Origin: Candidatus Cloacimonadales bacterium
Lineage (GTDB): Bacteria > Cloacimonadota > Cloacimonadia > Cloacimonadales > JAIOQZ01
Assembly (NCBI GenBank): GCA_963665815.1
Contig: OY762463.1
Coordinates: 3,328,001 to 3,392,000 of the forward strand
Reading direction: 5' to 3'
DNA: 64,000 nucleotides
Of this stretch, positions 1-9,126 are shown in pieces. Numbering within the stretch: position 1 is the first letter of the stretch; each line of letters opens with the position of its first letter. The notes under the pieces are model-generated. The model was given only the letters and a program-made list of their open reading frames with translations, was not told where the DNA came from and searched no databases. A program made the position numbers and the translations under genes.

Positions 1-2
1 TT

Positions 3-800
3 ATAGACTGCCTCGATGCTAAGAAAATAGCTGAAGTTGTTAAAAAGTACAAAATCGATACAGTATACAATCTTGTTGCTTTATTGTCTGCAGTTGGTGA
101 ACAGAAACCGCTCCTTTCCTGGCAAATTAATATCGGTGGACTTATGAACCTGCTTGAACTGGGCAGAGAAGAACAATTCGCTCTGTTTACTCCAAGCTCA
201 ATCGGTGCTTTCGGTCCTACAACCCCGAAACAGGGAACTCCACAGAACACAATCCAGAGACCAACATCCATGTACGGTGTAACCAAGGTTTCCGGAGAAC
301 TCCTCTGTGATTATTATCACCTCAAATATGGAATCGACACTCGCGGTGTAAGATATCCGGGCATCATCTCAAACGTGACACTTCCGGGTGGCGGAACAAC
401 AGATTATGCTGTGGAAATATACTACGATGCAATCAAAAAAGGTTCATTCACCTGTAATCTCAAAAAAGACACCAGAATGGACATGATGTATATGCCGGAT
501 GCTGTTAAAGCTGCTATCGAAGTAATGGAAGCCGATCCTGCAAAACTTATTCACAGAAACTGCTTTAACGTTGCTGCAATGAGCTTTGACCCTGAAACAA
601 TCGCTAACGTTATTGCCGAGCATGTACCGGGATTCACAATTGATTATGACATCGACCCTGTAAGACAGAAGATCGCTGACAGTTGGCCTGATTTCATGGA
701 TGACTCCGCTGCAAGAGCAGAATGGGGATGGAATCCTGATTTCGATCTGGAAGCTATGACAACAGATATGCTGGAAGTGCTTCGTAAAAGATTAACATGA
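3..800 (+). CDS. tdh: L-threonine 3-dehydrogenase, SDR/epimerase type (5' end outside window)
   Basis: Frame is open back to base 3 (IDCLDAKKI...VYNLVALLSAVGE). Motifs PSSIGAFG, RPTSMYGVTK (YxxxK) and PGGGTTDYAV; kbl lies two genes downstream. Confidence 0.88.
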   Translation: MDCLDAKKIAEVVKKYKIDTVYNLVALLSAVGEQKPLLSWQINIGGLMNLLELGREEQFALFTPSSIGAFGPTTPKQGTPQNTIQRPTSMYGVTKVSGELLCDYYHLKYGIDTRGVRYPGIISNVTLPGGGTTDYAVEIYYDAIKKGSFTCNLKKDTRMDMMYMPDAVKAAIEVMEADPAKLIHRNCFNVAAMSFDPETIANVIAEHVPGFTIDYDIDPVRQKIADSWPDFMDDSAARAEWGWNPDFDLEAMTTDMLEVLRKRLT

Positions 801-1192
801 TCTTTGGAATCGGAACAGATATAATAGAAGTCCATAGAGTGAAAAGAAGCATCGAAAAAACTGATGCATTCGAGAAAAAGATATTCACTGAAAAAGAGAT
901 TGAATACTGCCGATCCAACAAGAAATCGGAGCAGTCATTTGCTGCCAGATTCGCCGGAAAGGAAGCTTTTTTCAAAGCTCTCGGTACAGGCTGGATTGAC
1001 GGAATGAAGTTCACGGATATCGAGATTCTTAATGATGAACTCGGTAAGCCTTATGTGAATATCTACGGTGAAGTTTTAAATAAATGTAATGAAAATAATA
1101 TTGGAAATATCCATATAAGTCTGTCGCATCTGAAAGAATTTGCCAGTGCTTATGTGGTACTTGAAAAAAGGAGTAGTTATGACATTGGATAA
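797..1192 (+). CDS. acpS: holo-[acyl-carrier-protein] synthase
   Basis: GIGTDIIEV, FAARFAGKEAFFKALGTG, GKP and ISLSH motifs; ATGA overlap with tdh. Confidence 0.95.
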   Translation: MIFGIGTDIIEVHRVKRSIEKTDAFEKKIFTEKEIEYCRSNKKSEQSFAARFAGKEAFFKALGTGWIDGMKFTDIEILNDELGKPYVNIYGEVLNKCNENNIGNIHISLSHLKEFASAYVVLEKRSSYDIG

Positions 1193-2402
1193 ATTAAATA
1201 AAGCTCTGAGAACAGAAATCGATGAACTTGTAGCAACAGGAACAGCCAAAGGTGCTGAAATGGTAATCAATGAGATTATCCCCGCAAAAGGTGAATTCGG
1301 ACCACGTTACAAAATCGAAGGTTACGAAGGTGAATTTCTTAAAATGAACGCTAACTCTTACCTCGGCATGTCTTTAAGAAAAGACGTGATCGAAGCGGAA
1401 GAAGAAGCTGCTCAGAAATTCGGGGCAGGTCCAGGAGCTGTTCGTTTCATCAGTGGAACACATGCACCTCATATCGAACTGGAAGAAAGACTGGCTGCTT
1501 TCCACGGAAGAGAAGCTGCAATGATTTTCAGTTCAGCATACGTTACAAGTATGGGCGTTATTTTCCCTCTTACCTCAAAAGAATCAATCATCATCAGTGA
1601 TGAACTGAATCACAATTGTATTATTCAGGGAATGAGGCTTACCAGACCTGCTGCAAAACTGGTCTACAAACACAATGATATGAAAGACCTTGAAGCTAAG
1701 CTCGAAGAAGCTGTTGGCAAAGGTAAAAGAGTTCTCGTTGTTACTGACGGTATTTTCAGTATGCGTGGAGATCATGCTCCATTAGACGAAATCGTTGAAT
1801 TATGCCAGAAATACGATGATAAATTCGAAGAAGGCGTTTTCTCAGTAGTAGACGACTCTCACGGTGTAGGTGCATTCGGACCAACCGGTAGAGGAACAGA
1901 AGAATATTGCGATACTGTTGTAGATATCCTTATCGGAACACTTGGAAAAGCTTTTGGTGTTAACGGTGGTTATGTTGTTACATCTCAAACAGTTGTTGAC
2001 TACCTCAGACAAAAAGCTCCTATGTATATCTACTCAAATCCTATCACTGCTTCAGAAGCTGCTGCTTCCATGAAAGCAATCGATGTTCTCGACAGTGAAG
2101 AAGGTGAAAAAATTCTTGCTCATCTCCTCAAAATGACTAAAAAATTCGAGAAAGGTCTTACTGACAACGGAATGGAAACAATCCCGGGAGATCACCCTGT
2201 AGTTCCTCTCATGGTAAGAGATACAGCAAAAACAACTGCGATTGTACAACACCTTACAGATAATAAGATTCTGGCAACAGGACTTAATTTCCCTGTAGTT
2301 CCAAAAGGTGACGAAGAAATCAGATTCCAGATCTCAGCAGATCATACAGAAGCTGACATTGATTATGTTATTAACGTTCTGAAAGAATACAATAACAAAT
2401 AA
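1179..2402 (+). CDS. kbl: 2-amino-3-ketobutyrate CoA ligase (glycine C-acetyltransferase)
   Basis: ANSYLG, GPGAVRFISGT, TDGIFSMRGD, DDSHG and GTLGKAFG (PLP lysine); AGGAG RBS before ATG 1179; tdh context. Confidence 0.88.
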   Translation: MTLDKLNKALRTEIDELVATGTAKGAEMVINEIIPAKGEFGPRYKIEGYEGEFLKMNANSYLGMSLRKDVIEAEEEAAQKFGAGPGAVRFISGTHAPHIELEERLAAFHGREAAMIFSSAYVTSMGVIFPLTSKESIIISDELNHNCIIQGMRLTRPAAKLVYKHNDMKDLEAKLEEAVGKGKRVLVVTDGIFSMRGDHAPLDEIVELCQKYDDKFEEGVFSVVDDSHGVGAFGPTGRGTEEYCDTVVDILIGTLGKAFGVNGGYVVTSQTVVDYLRQKAPMYIYSNPITASEAAASMKAIDVLDSEEGEKILAHLLKMTKKFEKGLTDNGMETIPGDHPVVPLMVRDTAKTTAIVQHLTDNKILATGLNFPVVPKGDEEIRFQISADHTEADIDYVINVLKEYNNK

Positions 2403-2416
2403 TATACAATTATATC

Positions 2417-2451
2417 AGGGTTGCATATTGCGTGCAGCCCTTTTTATTTTT
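2417..2451 (+). terminator. intrinsic terminator after kbl
   Basis: AGGGTTGCA-loop-TGCAGCCCT followed by a T-run. Confidence 0.7.
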
Positions 2452-3276
2452 ATGAAATACGGAACCTTATACTTAGTACCAACTCCAATCGGTAATCTGG
2501 AGGATATGACATATCGTGCTGTGCGTATCCTGCAGGAAGTGCACCTCATTGCCGCAGAAGACACACGAACATCTGCAAAGCTGATGAAACATTATGATAT
2601 TAGAACACAGATGGTGAGTTACCATAAATTTAACGAGGCTGCTAGATCCGAATCAATTGTTGAGAAACTGAAAGAAGGCAAGGATATAGCTGTAATTTCT
2701 GATGCCGGAAGCCCGGGGGTATCTGATCCGTCAAATATCATTGTGAAGAAAGCTCTGGAGAATGGTATCGAAGTTTCGGCTTTACCCGGAGCAACAGCGT
2801 TTGTACCGGCTGTGACAGCATCGGGCTTTTCTTCTGATTCCTTTCTGTTCAAAGGATTTATACCAGATAAACAGACTTTGAGGCATGAGTTCTATGAGTT
2901 TTTGAGTACGGTTGAATACCCTGTAATAATATATGAAGCTCCTCACAGAATATTGAAGACTCTGGCTGAAATTCTTGAACATTCGGGAGATAGAGATATC
3001 TGTATTGCCCGGGAAATTTCCAAGAAGTTCGAGACGTATTATCGGGGGGCTGTCTCGCAATTTACTGATTCTGAAGAAGTTAAGCTTAAAGGTGAGTTTG
3101 TTGTTGTTATAGGACCTGCGGAACAGCAGGAAATTACTGATGAATATCTCGTCGAAATGGTATTGAAGTATGTTTCCGAAGGTATGAAAACCAAGGCTGC
3201 AGTAAAGAAAACAGCTGAGGAAACAGGTGAGTCCAAGAACAGAATTTACGAGTTGGCAATTCAATACAAATCCTGA
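2452..3276 (+). CDS. rsmI: 16S rRNA C1402 2'-O-methyltransferase
   Basis: LYLVPTPIGNLEDMT, AAEDTR, SDAGSPGVSDP, YEAPHR, AREISKKFE and KGEFVVV motifs. Confidence 0.95.
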   Translation: MKYGTLYLVPTPIGNLEDMTYRAVRILQEVHLIAAEDTRTSAKLMKHYDIRTQMVSYHKFNEAARSESIVEKLKEGKDIAVISDAGSPGVSDPSNIIVKKALENGIEVSALPGATAFVPAVTASGFSSDSFLFKGFIPDKQTLRHEFYEFLSTVEYPVIIYEAPHRILKTLAEILEHSGDRDICIAREISKKFETYYRGAVSQFTDSEEVKLKGEFVVVIGPAEQQEITDEYLVEMVLKYVSEGMKTKAAVKKTAEETGESKNRIYELAIQYKS

Positions 3277-3346
3277 CAGAAAATTCTTGCACATTATACA
3301 CAATTATTGAAAATTGAATTAAACAAAATTCTTCAAGGAGATTATT

Positions 3347-3673
3347 ATGTTCCCTGGTGGAAAAAAAGGAATGAAAGAGCTGCAGAAGCAAGCAATGAAA
3401 ATGCAGCAAGACCTTGCAAAAGCACAGGAAGAAATTGCAAATAAAATAGTAGAAGCATCTGCTGGCGGCGGAATGGTTACAGTTAAAATGAACGGTAAAT
3501 ATGAACTCGTATCATTGAAGATAGATCCTGAAGTGGTTGACTCTGATGATGTAGAAATGCTGGAAGACCTTGTAATGGCAGCATTCAGAGAAGTTCATGA
3601 CAAAATCAGTAATACCAGTAATGATGAACTGTCAAAACTTACAGGTGGAATCAAGATACCCGGATTATTCTAA
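3347..3673 (+). CDS. ybaB: YbaB/EbfC nucleoid-associated protein
   Basis: KQAMKMQ, AGGGMVTV and DVEMLEDLVMAA; precedes recR. Confidence 0.95.
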   Translation: MFPGGKKGMKELQKQAMKMQQDLAKAQEEIANKIVEASAGGGMVTVKMNGKYELVSLKIDPEVVDSDDVEMLEDLVMAAFREVHDKISNTSNDELSKLTGGIKIPGLF

Positions 3674-4273
3674 ATGAAAGATCCTATTTTTCAGGAACTG
3701 ATTGATCATTTTAAAAAGCTACCCGGAATCGGTGCAAAATCTGCACGAAGGTTAGCTTTTTTTCTTATTCAGTCGGATAAATCCTATCCGTTAAGGTTTG
3801 CCTGGCTCATGGAAAATGCAGCCCATAAGTACAATCCCTGCAAAAGATGTAATATGCTTTCTGAAGAAGAGCTGTGCAGTTACTGCTCAGACGAAGATAG
3901 AGATTCATCGACTCTTTGTGTGGTTCAGGATGTTCAGGATGTGTTTCTGATCGAAGATACAAACAGCTACAAAGGCAAGTACTTTGTACTGGGTGGAGTG
4001 CTGTCTCCATTAGACGGAATTGGCCCCGAAGATCTCAACATATCGCAACTTGAAGGTCTGCTCAGGGAAACGGATATTAAGGAAGTGATTCTTGCACTGA
4101 ATCCGTCCTCCGAAGGAGAGATAACCATGAACTATCTGAGTGATATGCTTGCTAGTCAGGATATTGAGATTTCCAGATTATCAACCGGTATACCTTTTGG
4201 TGGTAATATAGGATATACCTCCTCTGTTACATTATCTAATGCTCTGCAGAGAAGATATAAAGTAAAGAAATAG
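3674..4273 (+). CDS. recR: recombination mediator RecR
   Basis: LPGIGAKSARRLAF, C4 zinc finger, LSPLDGIGPEDL and Toprim EVILA..EGE. Confidence 0.96.
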   Translation: MKDPIFQELIDHFKKLPGIGAKSARRLAFFLIQSDKSYPLRFAWLMENAAHKYNPCKRCNMLSEEELCSYCSDEDRDSSTLCVVQDVQDVFLIEDTNSYKGKYFVLGGVLSPLDGIGPEDLNISQLEGLLRETDIKEVILALNPSSEGEITMNYLSDMLASQDIEISRLSTGIPFGGNIGYTSSVTLSNALQRRYKVKK

Positions 4274-4310
4274 CCGGTGTTAGTTTGTTTGTTTCAACGG
4301 GTTTAATTAA

Positions 4311-4383
4311 CCCTTCGACTCCGCTCAGGGAGCTTGTAATTCTATCATATTCAATAGGATAGGTTGATTGAGCGGAGCGAAGC
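4311..4383. repeat. REP-like inverted palindrome pair (CTTCGACTCCGCTCAG ... TTGAGCGGAGCGAAG)
   Basis: Inverted pair flanking a ~40 bp spacer that recurs at ~28547-28585. Confidence 0.65.
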
Positions 4384-4460
4384 AACTAAGCTTTGAACTA
4401 AATAAGTGTCAGAAGATAAGCTTTTAACACAGTTATAAATTGAATACACAGGTAAAGAAA

Positions 4461-5093
4461 ATGTTTACAGGTATCATTGAAGAATGCGGAACACTGAAAT
4501 CCGTTAAAAAGCTATCCGGCAGGAATGTTTACACCATTGTCTGCAGCAAAGTGTTAACCGATACGAAGGTTGGAGACAGTATCTGCAGTAACGGGATATG
4601 TCTGACGATTATTGACAAATCCACAGATTGGTTTCAGGCAGAGGTAATGCATGAAACAATTTTGAAAACTACTGCGAGGTTCTGGAAAGCCGGAGACAGG
4701 ATCAATCTGGAGAGATCCATGTCTGCCAATGGCCGATTTGATGGTCATATAGTTCAGGGACATGTGGATACTTCAGCAAAGATAGTTGAACGATATGTTG
4801 TAAATAAAGCTGTGTATCTCGGAATATCTGTGCCGGATGTTCATAAATCCCTGATTGTACCGCAGGGCTCAATTACTGTAAACGGTGTAAGTCTGACAAT
4901 TGCAGAATTGACCGGTTATGGCTTGAAAGTGGCAATAATAGGGCATACACTGGAAGAAACAAATATTACCGATTTAAAAATTGGAGAGAAAGTTAATATC
5001 GAGTTTGATATTGTTGGTAAATACATACAACGTTTTAATCTGCTGAAAAGCAGTAAAGTTACAGAGGAGTGGTTGATTGAACAAGGTTTTTAG
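4461..5093 (+). CDS. ribE: riboflavin synthase (alpha chain)
   Basis: MFTGIIEE start, GDSICSNGICLT, NLER, GHIVQGHVD and GSITVNGVSLT. Confidence 0.95.
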   Translation: MFTGIIEECGTLKSVKKLSGRNVYTIVCSKVLTDTKVGDSICSNGICLTIIDKSTDWFQAEVMHETILKTTARFWKAGDRINLERSMSANGRFDGHIVQGHVDTSAKIVERYVVNKAVYLGISVPDVHKSLIVPQGSITVNGVSLTIAELTGYGLKVAIIGHTLEETNITDLKIGEKVNIEFDIVGKYIQRFNLLKSSKVTEEWLIEQGF

Positions 5094-6369
5094 TTTATTG
5101 GTTGTAGTGCTGCTGGTGATTTCCTGTGGTCATAAAGGAGCTCCATCCGGTGGAGAAGTGGATGAAGTTAAACCTACCGTGAAAAACACATATCCTGCCC
5201 AATACAGTTCAATTGATGAAGGATACATTGAGATTGTTTTCTCCAAACCAATCAAAAGCAGTTCTGTTATTGATAAAATCACTATATATCCTGAAGTCAA
5301 AAAGACTAAGTTTAAATGGGAAAATGCATACACTCTGAGGCTTTATTTTAAGTCAGAGCTTAAGGAAGACACAAATTATACAGTTACTCTTGATAAATCT
5401 ATAACTGGATATCATGGCAACAAGATGGAGAAAGATATGTCCTTTGTGTTTGCCAATGGTGAATTGCAGGAAATGTCTTTGTCTGGTCAATTCAAGTATG
5501 AAGATGAAGAAGACAGAGGTAAAGATGTGATAATTCAGATCAGAGATGAAGATTCTCTTCTTATTCAGTCATCTGTCGCTGTTGGAAGCATATACAACAT
5601 AGAAAACCTCAATAAATCCAGATACATCTTCGATGCTTTTATTGATAAAGATGATGATAAATCCTACGATTATGCTAAAGAACCGATGGCTCATTTTTCC
5701 GCTGAATTTGCAAAGAATATTGTTTTCGATTTCGAATTAGCCTATCAGGATACAATTTCTCCTGCTTTAAACAGTGTTATTGCCCTCAGTAATACAAACT
5801 ACAAGGTAAAATTCTCTGAACCAGTTTCATCTTATGCTGATTTAGCTTTCTTTGAAATGGATTCGCTTAACAATAGAACCAAAATCCCAATTCTGGCAAA
5901 AACAGTAATTGATGATGATTTATATCTCATTACTGATAGTCTTCAAGCCGGTGATTTTGCTATAATTATGACTGATCTGCTGGACGCTAAAGGTAACATT
6001 GCAGAAAAGGATTCTGTGAGTTTTAAAGGATCATCTCATAGCGACGAAAAAGCACCAGAGCTCGTGTCTTCAATTCCTGAAAATGGTGATGTTGTGAGCT
6101 CTTTGAATCCTGAGTTTATCGTCAGTTTTTCAGAAATCATCTATGAGAAAGATTTGAAGATCAGTTTAGTATCTCAGGAAACAGATGAACTTGTGAAGTT
6201 GAGGTTAAAAAAAGGAGCAAATACACACGAATATGTATTTACTCCTGAAAAAAATTTAGTTAACTATCAATCTTACATGCTTACTATAGAGAAATCAACA
6301 TGTGATACTCAGGGAAACAATTTGAAAGAACCGATAGAAATCAAATTTATTACTATCCTCAATGATTAA
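5077..6369 (+). CDS. lipoprotein with SbsA/Big_5-type Ig-like domains
   Basis: Lipobox LVISC, 'GAPSGGEVDEVKP', and repeated 'P.....P......I.FS.PI' Ig starts. Confidence 0.75.
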   Translation: MNKVFSLLVVVLLVISCGHKGAPSGGEVDEVKPTVKNTYPAQYSSIDEGYIEIVFSKPIKSSSVIDKITIYPEVKKTKFKWENAYTLRLYFKSELKEDTNYTVTLDKSITGYHGNKMEKDMSFVFANGELQEMSLSGQFKYEDEEDRGKDVIIQIRDEDSLLIQSSVAVGSIYNIENLNKSRYIFDAFIDKDDDKSYDYAKEPMAHFSAEFAKNIVFDFELAYQDTISPALNSVIALSNTNYKVKFSEPVSSYADLAFFEMDSLNNRTKIPILAKTVIDDDLYLITDSLQAGDFAIIMTDLLDAKGNIAEKDSVSFKGSSHSDEKAPELVSSIPENGDVVSSLNPEFIVSFSEIIYEKDLKISLVSQETDELVKLRLKKGANTHEYVFTPEKNLVNYQSYMLTIEKSTCDTQGNNLKEPIEIKFITILND

Positions 6370-7715
6370 TCAGTCAGGATTATACTGCCTTCAATAGTTG
6401 AAACATTAATCAATGGAATTTCAGCGTTGAATTTTGTGTTAATTACATCAATAAATTTATTTGCCAGAATAGCATATCCACGACTCGTAGGATGAATTCC
6501 ATCGAGACTGAATAACCCACCGGTAATGTAATCACCATTCATCTCAAGACCAAACTCAGAATAATCATCAACTATAGAAGATATAAAAGCATTCATATCA
6601 GCTAATGCGAAGTTATTCGGATGAGAATTAACAGCGTTAACAATTACATTGTTGTACAAATCAGTATGAGTTTCAATTAGTGCTATCTCATCGGCATCCA
6701 GTACAAGTGCATCAGGCCATGGATTTTGCGGATGCAGACCAAATGGGGCAGAGGTAACAATCCCTGCAGGTACATTGCCATTATAATATGCTCCTGTTGT
6801 GTCACCAATAAGAGCTGCTGCTGCAGAACCGTATAATGTAAGAGCAATATTTTTATTGAGCAGATCAGATACTGATGCAAGCCCTGTCGCAACTATTTCA
6901 TCACTCTTCTGATAGAATAATCCCAGAATCTGGGGATTAGCCTGCATAGCTGCAGAAAGTCCTTGAGCTACTTTAGGTCCTATTGTCGTGAAGAAAGGTA
7001 TATCAAGAACTTCAGGTATAGTAGCAATAACACCTTTAGTATTGGCTATCAGTATACTGTCTATCAGTGTATTGTATTGAGCAGCGAAAAGTTCTTCTTG
7101 CAGTAATGGAGTAAGAACACCGGTATGCATTGTACCACCGGAAGTTGCATATCCAAGTACATCGTTGTTTCCTGCCCAGATTGTCAGGAAAGTAGGATGA
7201 GAATTCATTACCTGTTCAAGAACAGTTCCCTTACCTCTTAAAACATGAGTAAAGTAGGGATTATTGGCTCCGGTATATTGAGCAGCCATACATGTTGTAG
7301 AGTCTGTGGCAAGAAGTATATCTGTCAGTAATGCTCCCGGAATACCAAGATTGTTATATGATTCTGCCAGATCACCATTAATAAGTTGTCCATTCATAGG
7401 GTTATCTACAATTGTAGGTGCAAGGTTCTTAAGTTCTTTCCTGTTTCCATATCCCGGATTTTCATATTGTGGTTGAATGTATTGTGTTGAAACTTGCTTT
7501 GCAATCAGATTTCCTATAGAACTACGTTGAGCTCCTTCAAAAAGAGCACCGCTCTGGTATCCGGCAGTGAGGCTGTTACCAATTGACATGAATTTTGTGA
7601 AATCCGCATCACCGGTCGAAGGTGCAGGAGGTCCGGATATGCTGGAACGATCTTCACAAGCAGTAATACTGATAATCAGTACTATTAAAGCGAAATATAT
7701 TACCTTTCTGGACAT
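6366..7715 (-). CDS. SGNH/GDSL-family lipase/esterase lipoprotein
   Basis: Lipobox ITAC; block I IGNSLTAG, NLGIPGA, WAGNNDVL and SLDGIHP (DxxH). Confidence 0.85.
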   Translation of the reverse strand: MSRKVIYFALIVLIISITACEDRSSISGPPAPSTGDADFTKFMSIGNSLTAGYQSGALFEGAQRSSIGNLIAKQVSTQYIQPQYENPGYGNRKELKNLAPTIVDNPMNGQLINGDLAESYNNLGIPGALLTDILLATDSTTCMAAQYTGANNPYFTHVLRGKGTVLEQVMNSHPTFLTIWAGNNDVLGYATSGGTMHTGVLTPLLQEELFAAQYNTLIDSILIANTKGVIATIPEVLDIPFFTTIGPKVAQGLSAAMQANPQILGLFYQKSDEIVATGLASVSDLLNKNIALTLYGSAAAALIGDTTGAYYNGNVPAGIVTSAPFGLHPQNPWPDALVLDADEIALIETHTDLYNNVIVNAVNSHPNNFALADMNAFISSIVDDYSEFGLEMNGDYITGGLFSLDGIHPTSRGYAILANKFIDVINTKFNAEIPLINVSTIEGSIILTD

Positions 7716-7716
7716 A

Positions 7717-8955
7717 TTATTTACCTCCTAATACATAGCTCATATTCAGAGCAAACAAGTGTGCTGTACTGTTGTATACTCCATTGAAAAAAGCATCACC
7801 GTCTGTGTAAGGTACTTCTGAATTAGTTATTTTACGCTCATCGAATCTCAGATAAAGATAAGCAAAATCAAATGTCATTTTCTCATTGATTTTGTAGCCG
7901 AATCCTGTACTTAAACCGAGTCTGTCGGAGTCAGGGAGGGTTGGGTCAATATATTCATCATCAACAGGATTATTATCGTATAGTAAGCCGCCTCTAAGAG
8001 CAAGCTTATCATTTAAAAGATATTCAGCACCTGCTCTTGCTATAAATGTATTATTATAGTTTTTAGGAGCTACTGTAAAAGTATCCGGTTGTGAGAATTC
8101 AATTTTCAGTTCATCATAAGTTGACCAGCCGATAAATTGAAAATCTGCTGTAAGTGTGAGTTTATCCATAGGTTTATAACCGATACCCATTGTAAGATTC
8201 CAGGGTGGAGTAATCTCAGCTTCTGCATCTCCATTTGGAAGAAGTGACATAACAGCATCCGGGGCTTCGGATTCAACTTCACCGTCTATTTCAAGATTAG
8301 CACTATGTCTATATGTTAAGCCTGCAGAAAATTTTTCTGAATGCTTGTAAAAAGCTGAAGCAACAAATGAATAAGTTAAGGCGTCACCGGTAAGTTCGAT
8401 AGTTGCATCTCCGGCAAATGGAGCAAGTGACTTTTTCTTTTCAAGAGTTACATTTCCATAAACGAGGCTTGGTCCAAATGCGACTGAGAATTTGTCGTTC
8501 ATTTTATATGCATATACAGCTGTAAGGTAATATGTTTCAAGAGACGTGTTAACTGCAGCGTATCTGCCTGGCCAGTATTCATCCCATTTTGTTCCCATTC
8601 CATAAGGATTGTTCAGAGATAATGCCCATGAATGTTTTTCTTTACCCGGATTAACATAGTAAAAGTTAACAGGATTGAAATACTGATCTTCAAGATCGTA
8701 TTCACTGACAGATGGATATGGACCACGGAATGAGGCTGAAGGTTTAATTAATGTGAAACCTGCCATAATTTGTTTATTCTCAAAACCGGTTATTGCTGCG
8801 GGATTGAAATATGCAGCAGAAGCATCATCGGCTAAACCTGTAAACGCTCCTCCCATAGCTTGTGCTTTTGCTCCATGTTCATTGATTTGGAAACCTCCCG
8901 CCATCAGTATTGATACTGAGGTACACAGAAGCAAAATAATAATTGTAAATCTCAT
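7717..8955 (-). CDS. FadL/OmpP1-family outer-membrane transporter
   Basis: Signal peptide, then GGFQINEHGAKAQAMGGA, DDASAAYFNPA and PTLPDSDR. Start reassigned to ATG 8955 (GAGGAG RBS). Confidence 0.9.
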   Translation of the reverse strand: MRFTIIILLLCTSVSILMAGGFQINEHGAKAQAMGGAFTGLADDASAAYFNPAAITGFENKQIMAGFTLIKPSASFRGPYPSVSEYDLEDQYFNPVNFYYVNPGKEKHSWALSLNNPYGMGTKWDEYWPGRYAAVNTSLETYYLTAVYAYKMNDKFSVAFGPSLVYGNVTLEKKKSLAPFAGDATIELTGDALTYSFVASAFYKHSEKFSAGLTYRHSANLEIDGEVESEAPDAVMSLLPNGDAEAEITPPWNLTMGIGYKPMDKLTLTADFQFIGWSTYDELKIEFSQPDTFTVAPKNYNNTFIARAGAEYLLNDKLALRGGLLYDNNPVDDEYIDPTLPDSDRLGLSTGFGYKINEKMTFDFAYLYLRFDERKITNSEVPYTDGDAFFNGVYNSTAHLFALNMSYVLGGK

Positions 8956-9035
8956 AATTCTCCTCTTCATACTTTCGATTGAACCAAGTTCAACTTTTAT
9001 TATGAGAAATGGCAACAAAAAAATGAGGAGAATAC

Positions 9036-9059
9036 AAAAAAAGGGAGCATAAAGCTCCC
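9036..9059 (-). terminator. intrinsic terminator after the 1334-aa adhesin gene
   Basis: Minus strand GGGAGC-TTTAT-GCTCCC-TTTTTTT. Confidence 0.7.
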
Positions 9060-9126
9060 AGTCGAATAAATAGAATAATAAAATTATATTAAGGAAGGAG
9101 ATAAATCCCCTTCCCAATATCATGTT

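Noticed and set aside
4274-4460. FMN riboswitch upstream of ribE
   Set aside because: No RFN conserved motifs; the hairpins belong to a dispersed repeat.
8956-9123. N-terminal extensions in the ORF track (also flgI, flgN, kbl and the TetM-like gene)
   Set aside because: The extensions run through terminators or neighbouring genes; downstream ATGs have an RBS, signal peptide or family-typical start.
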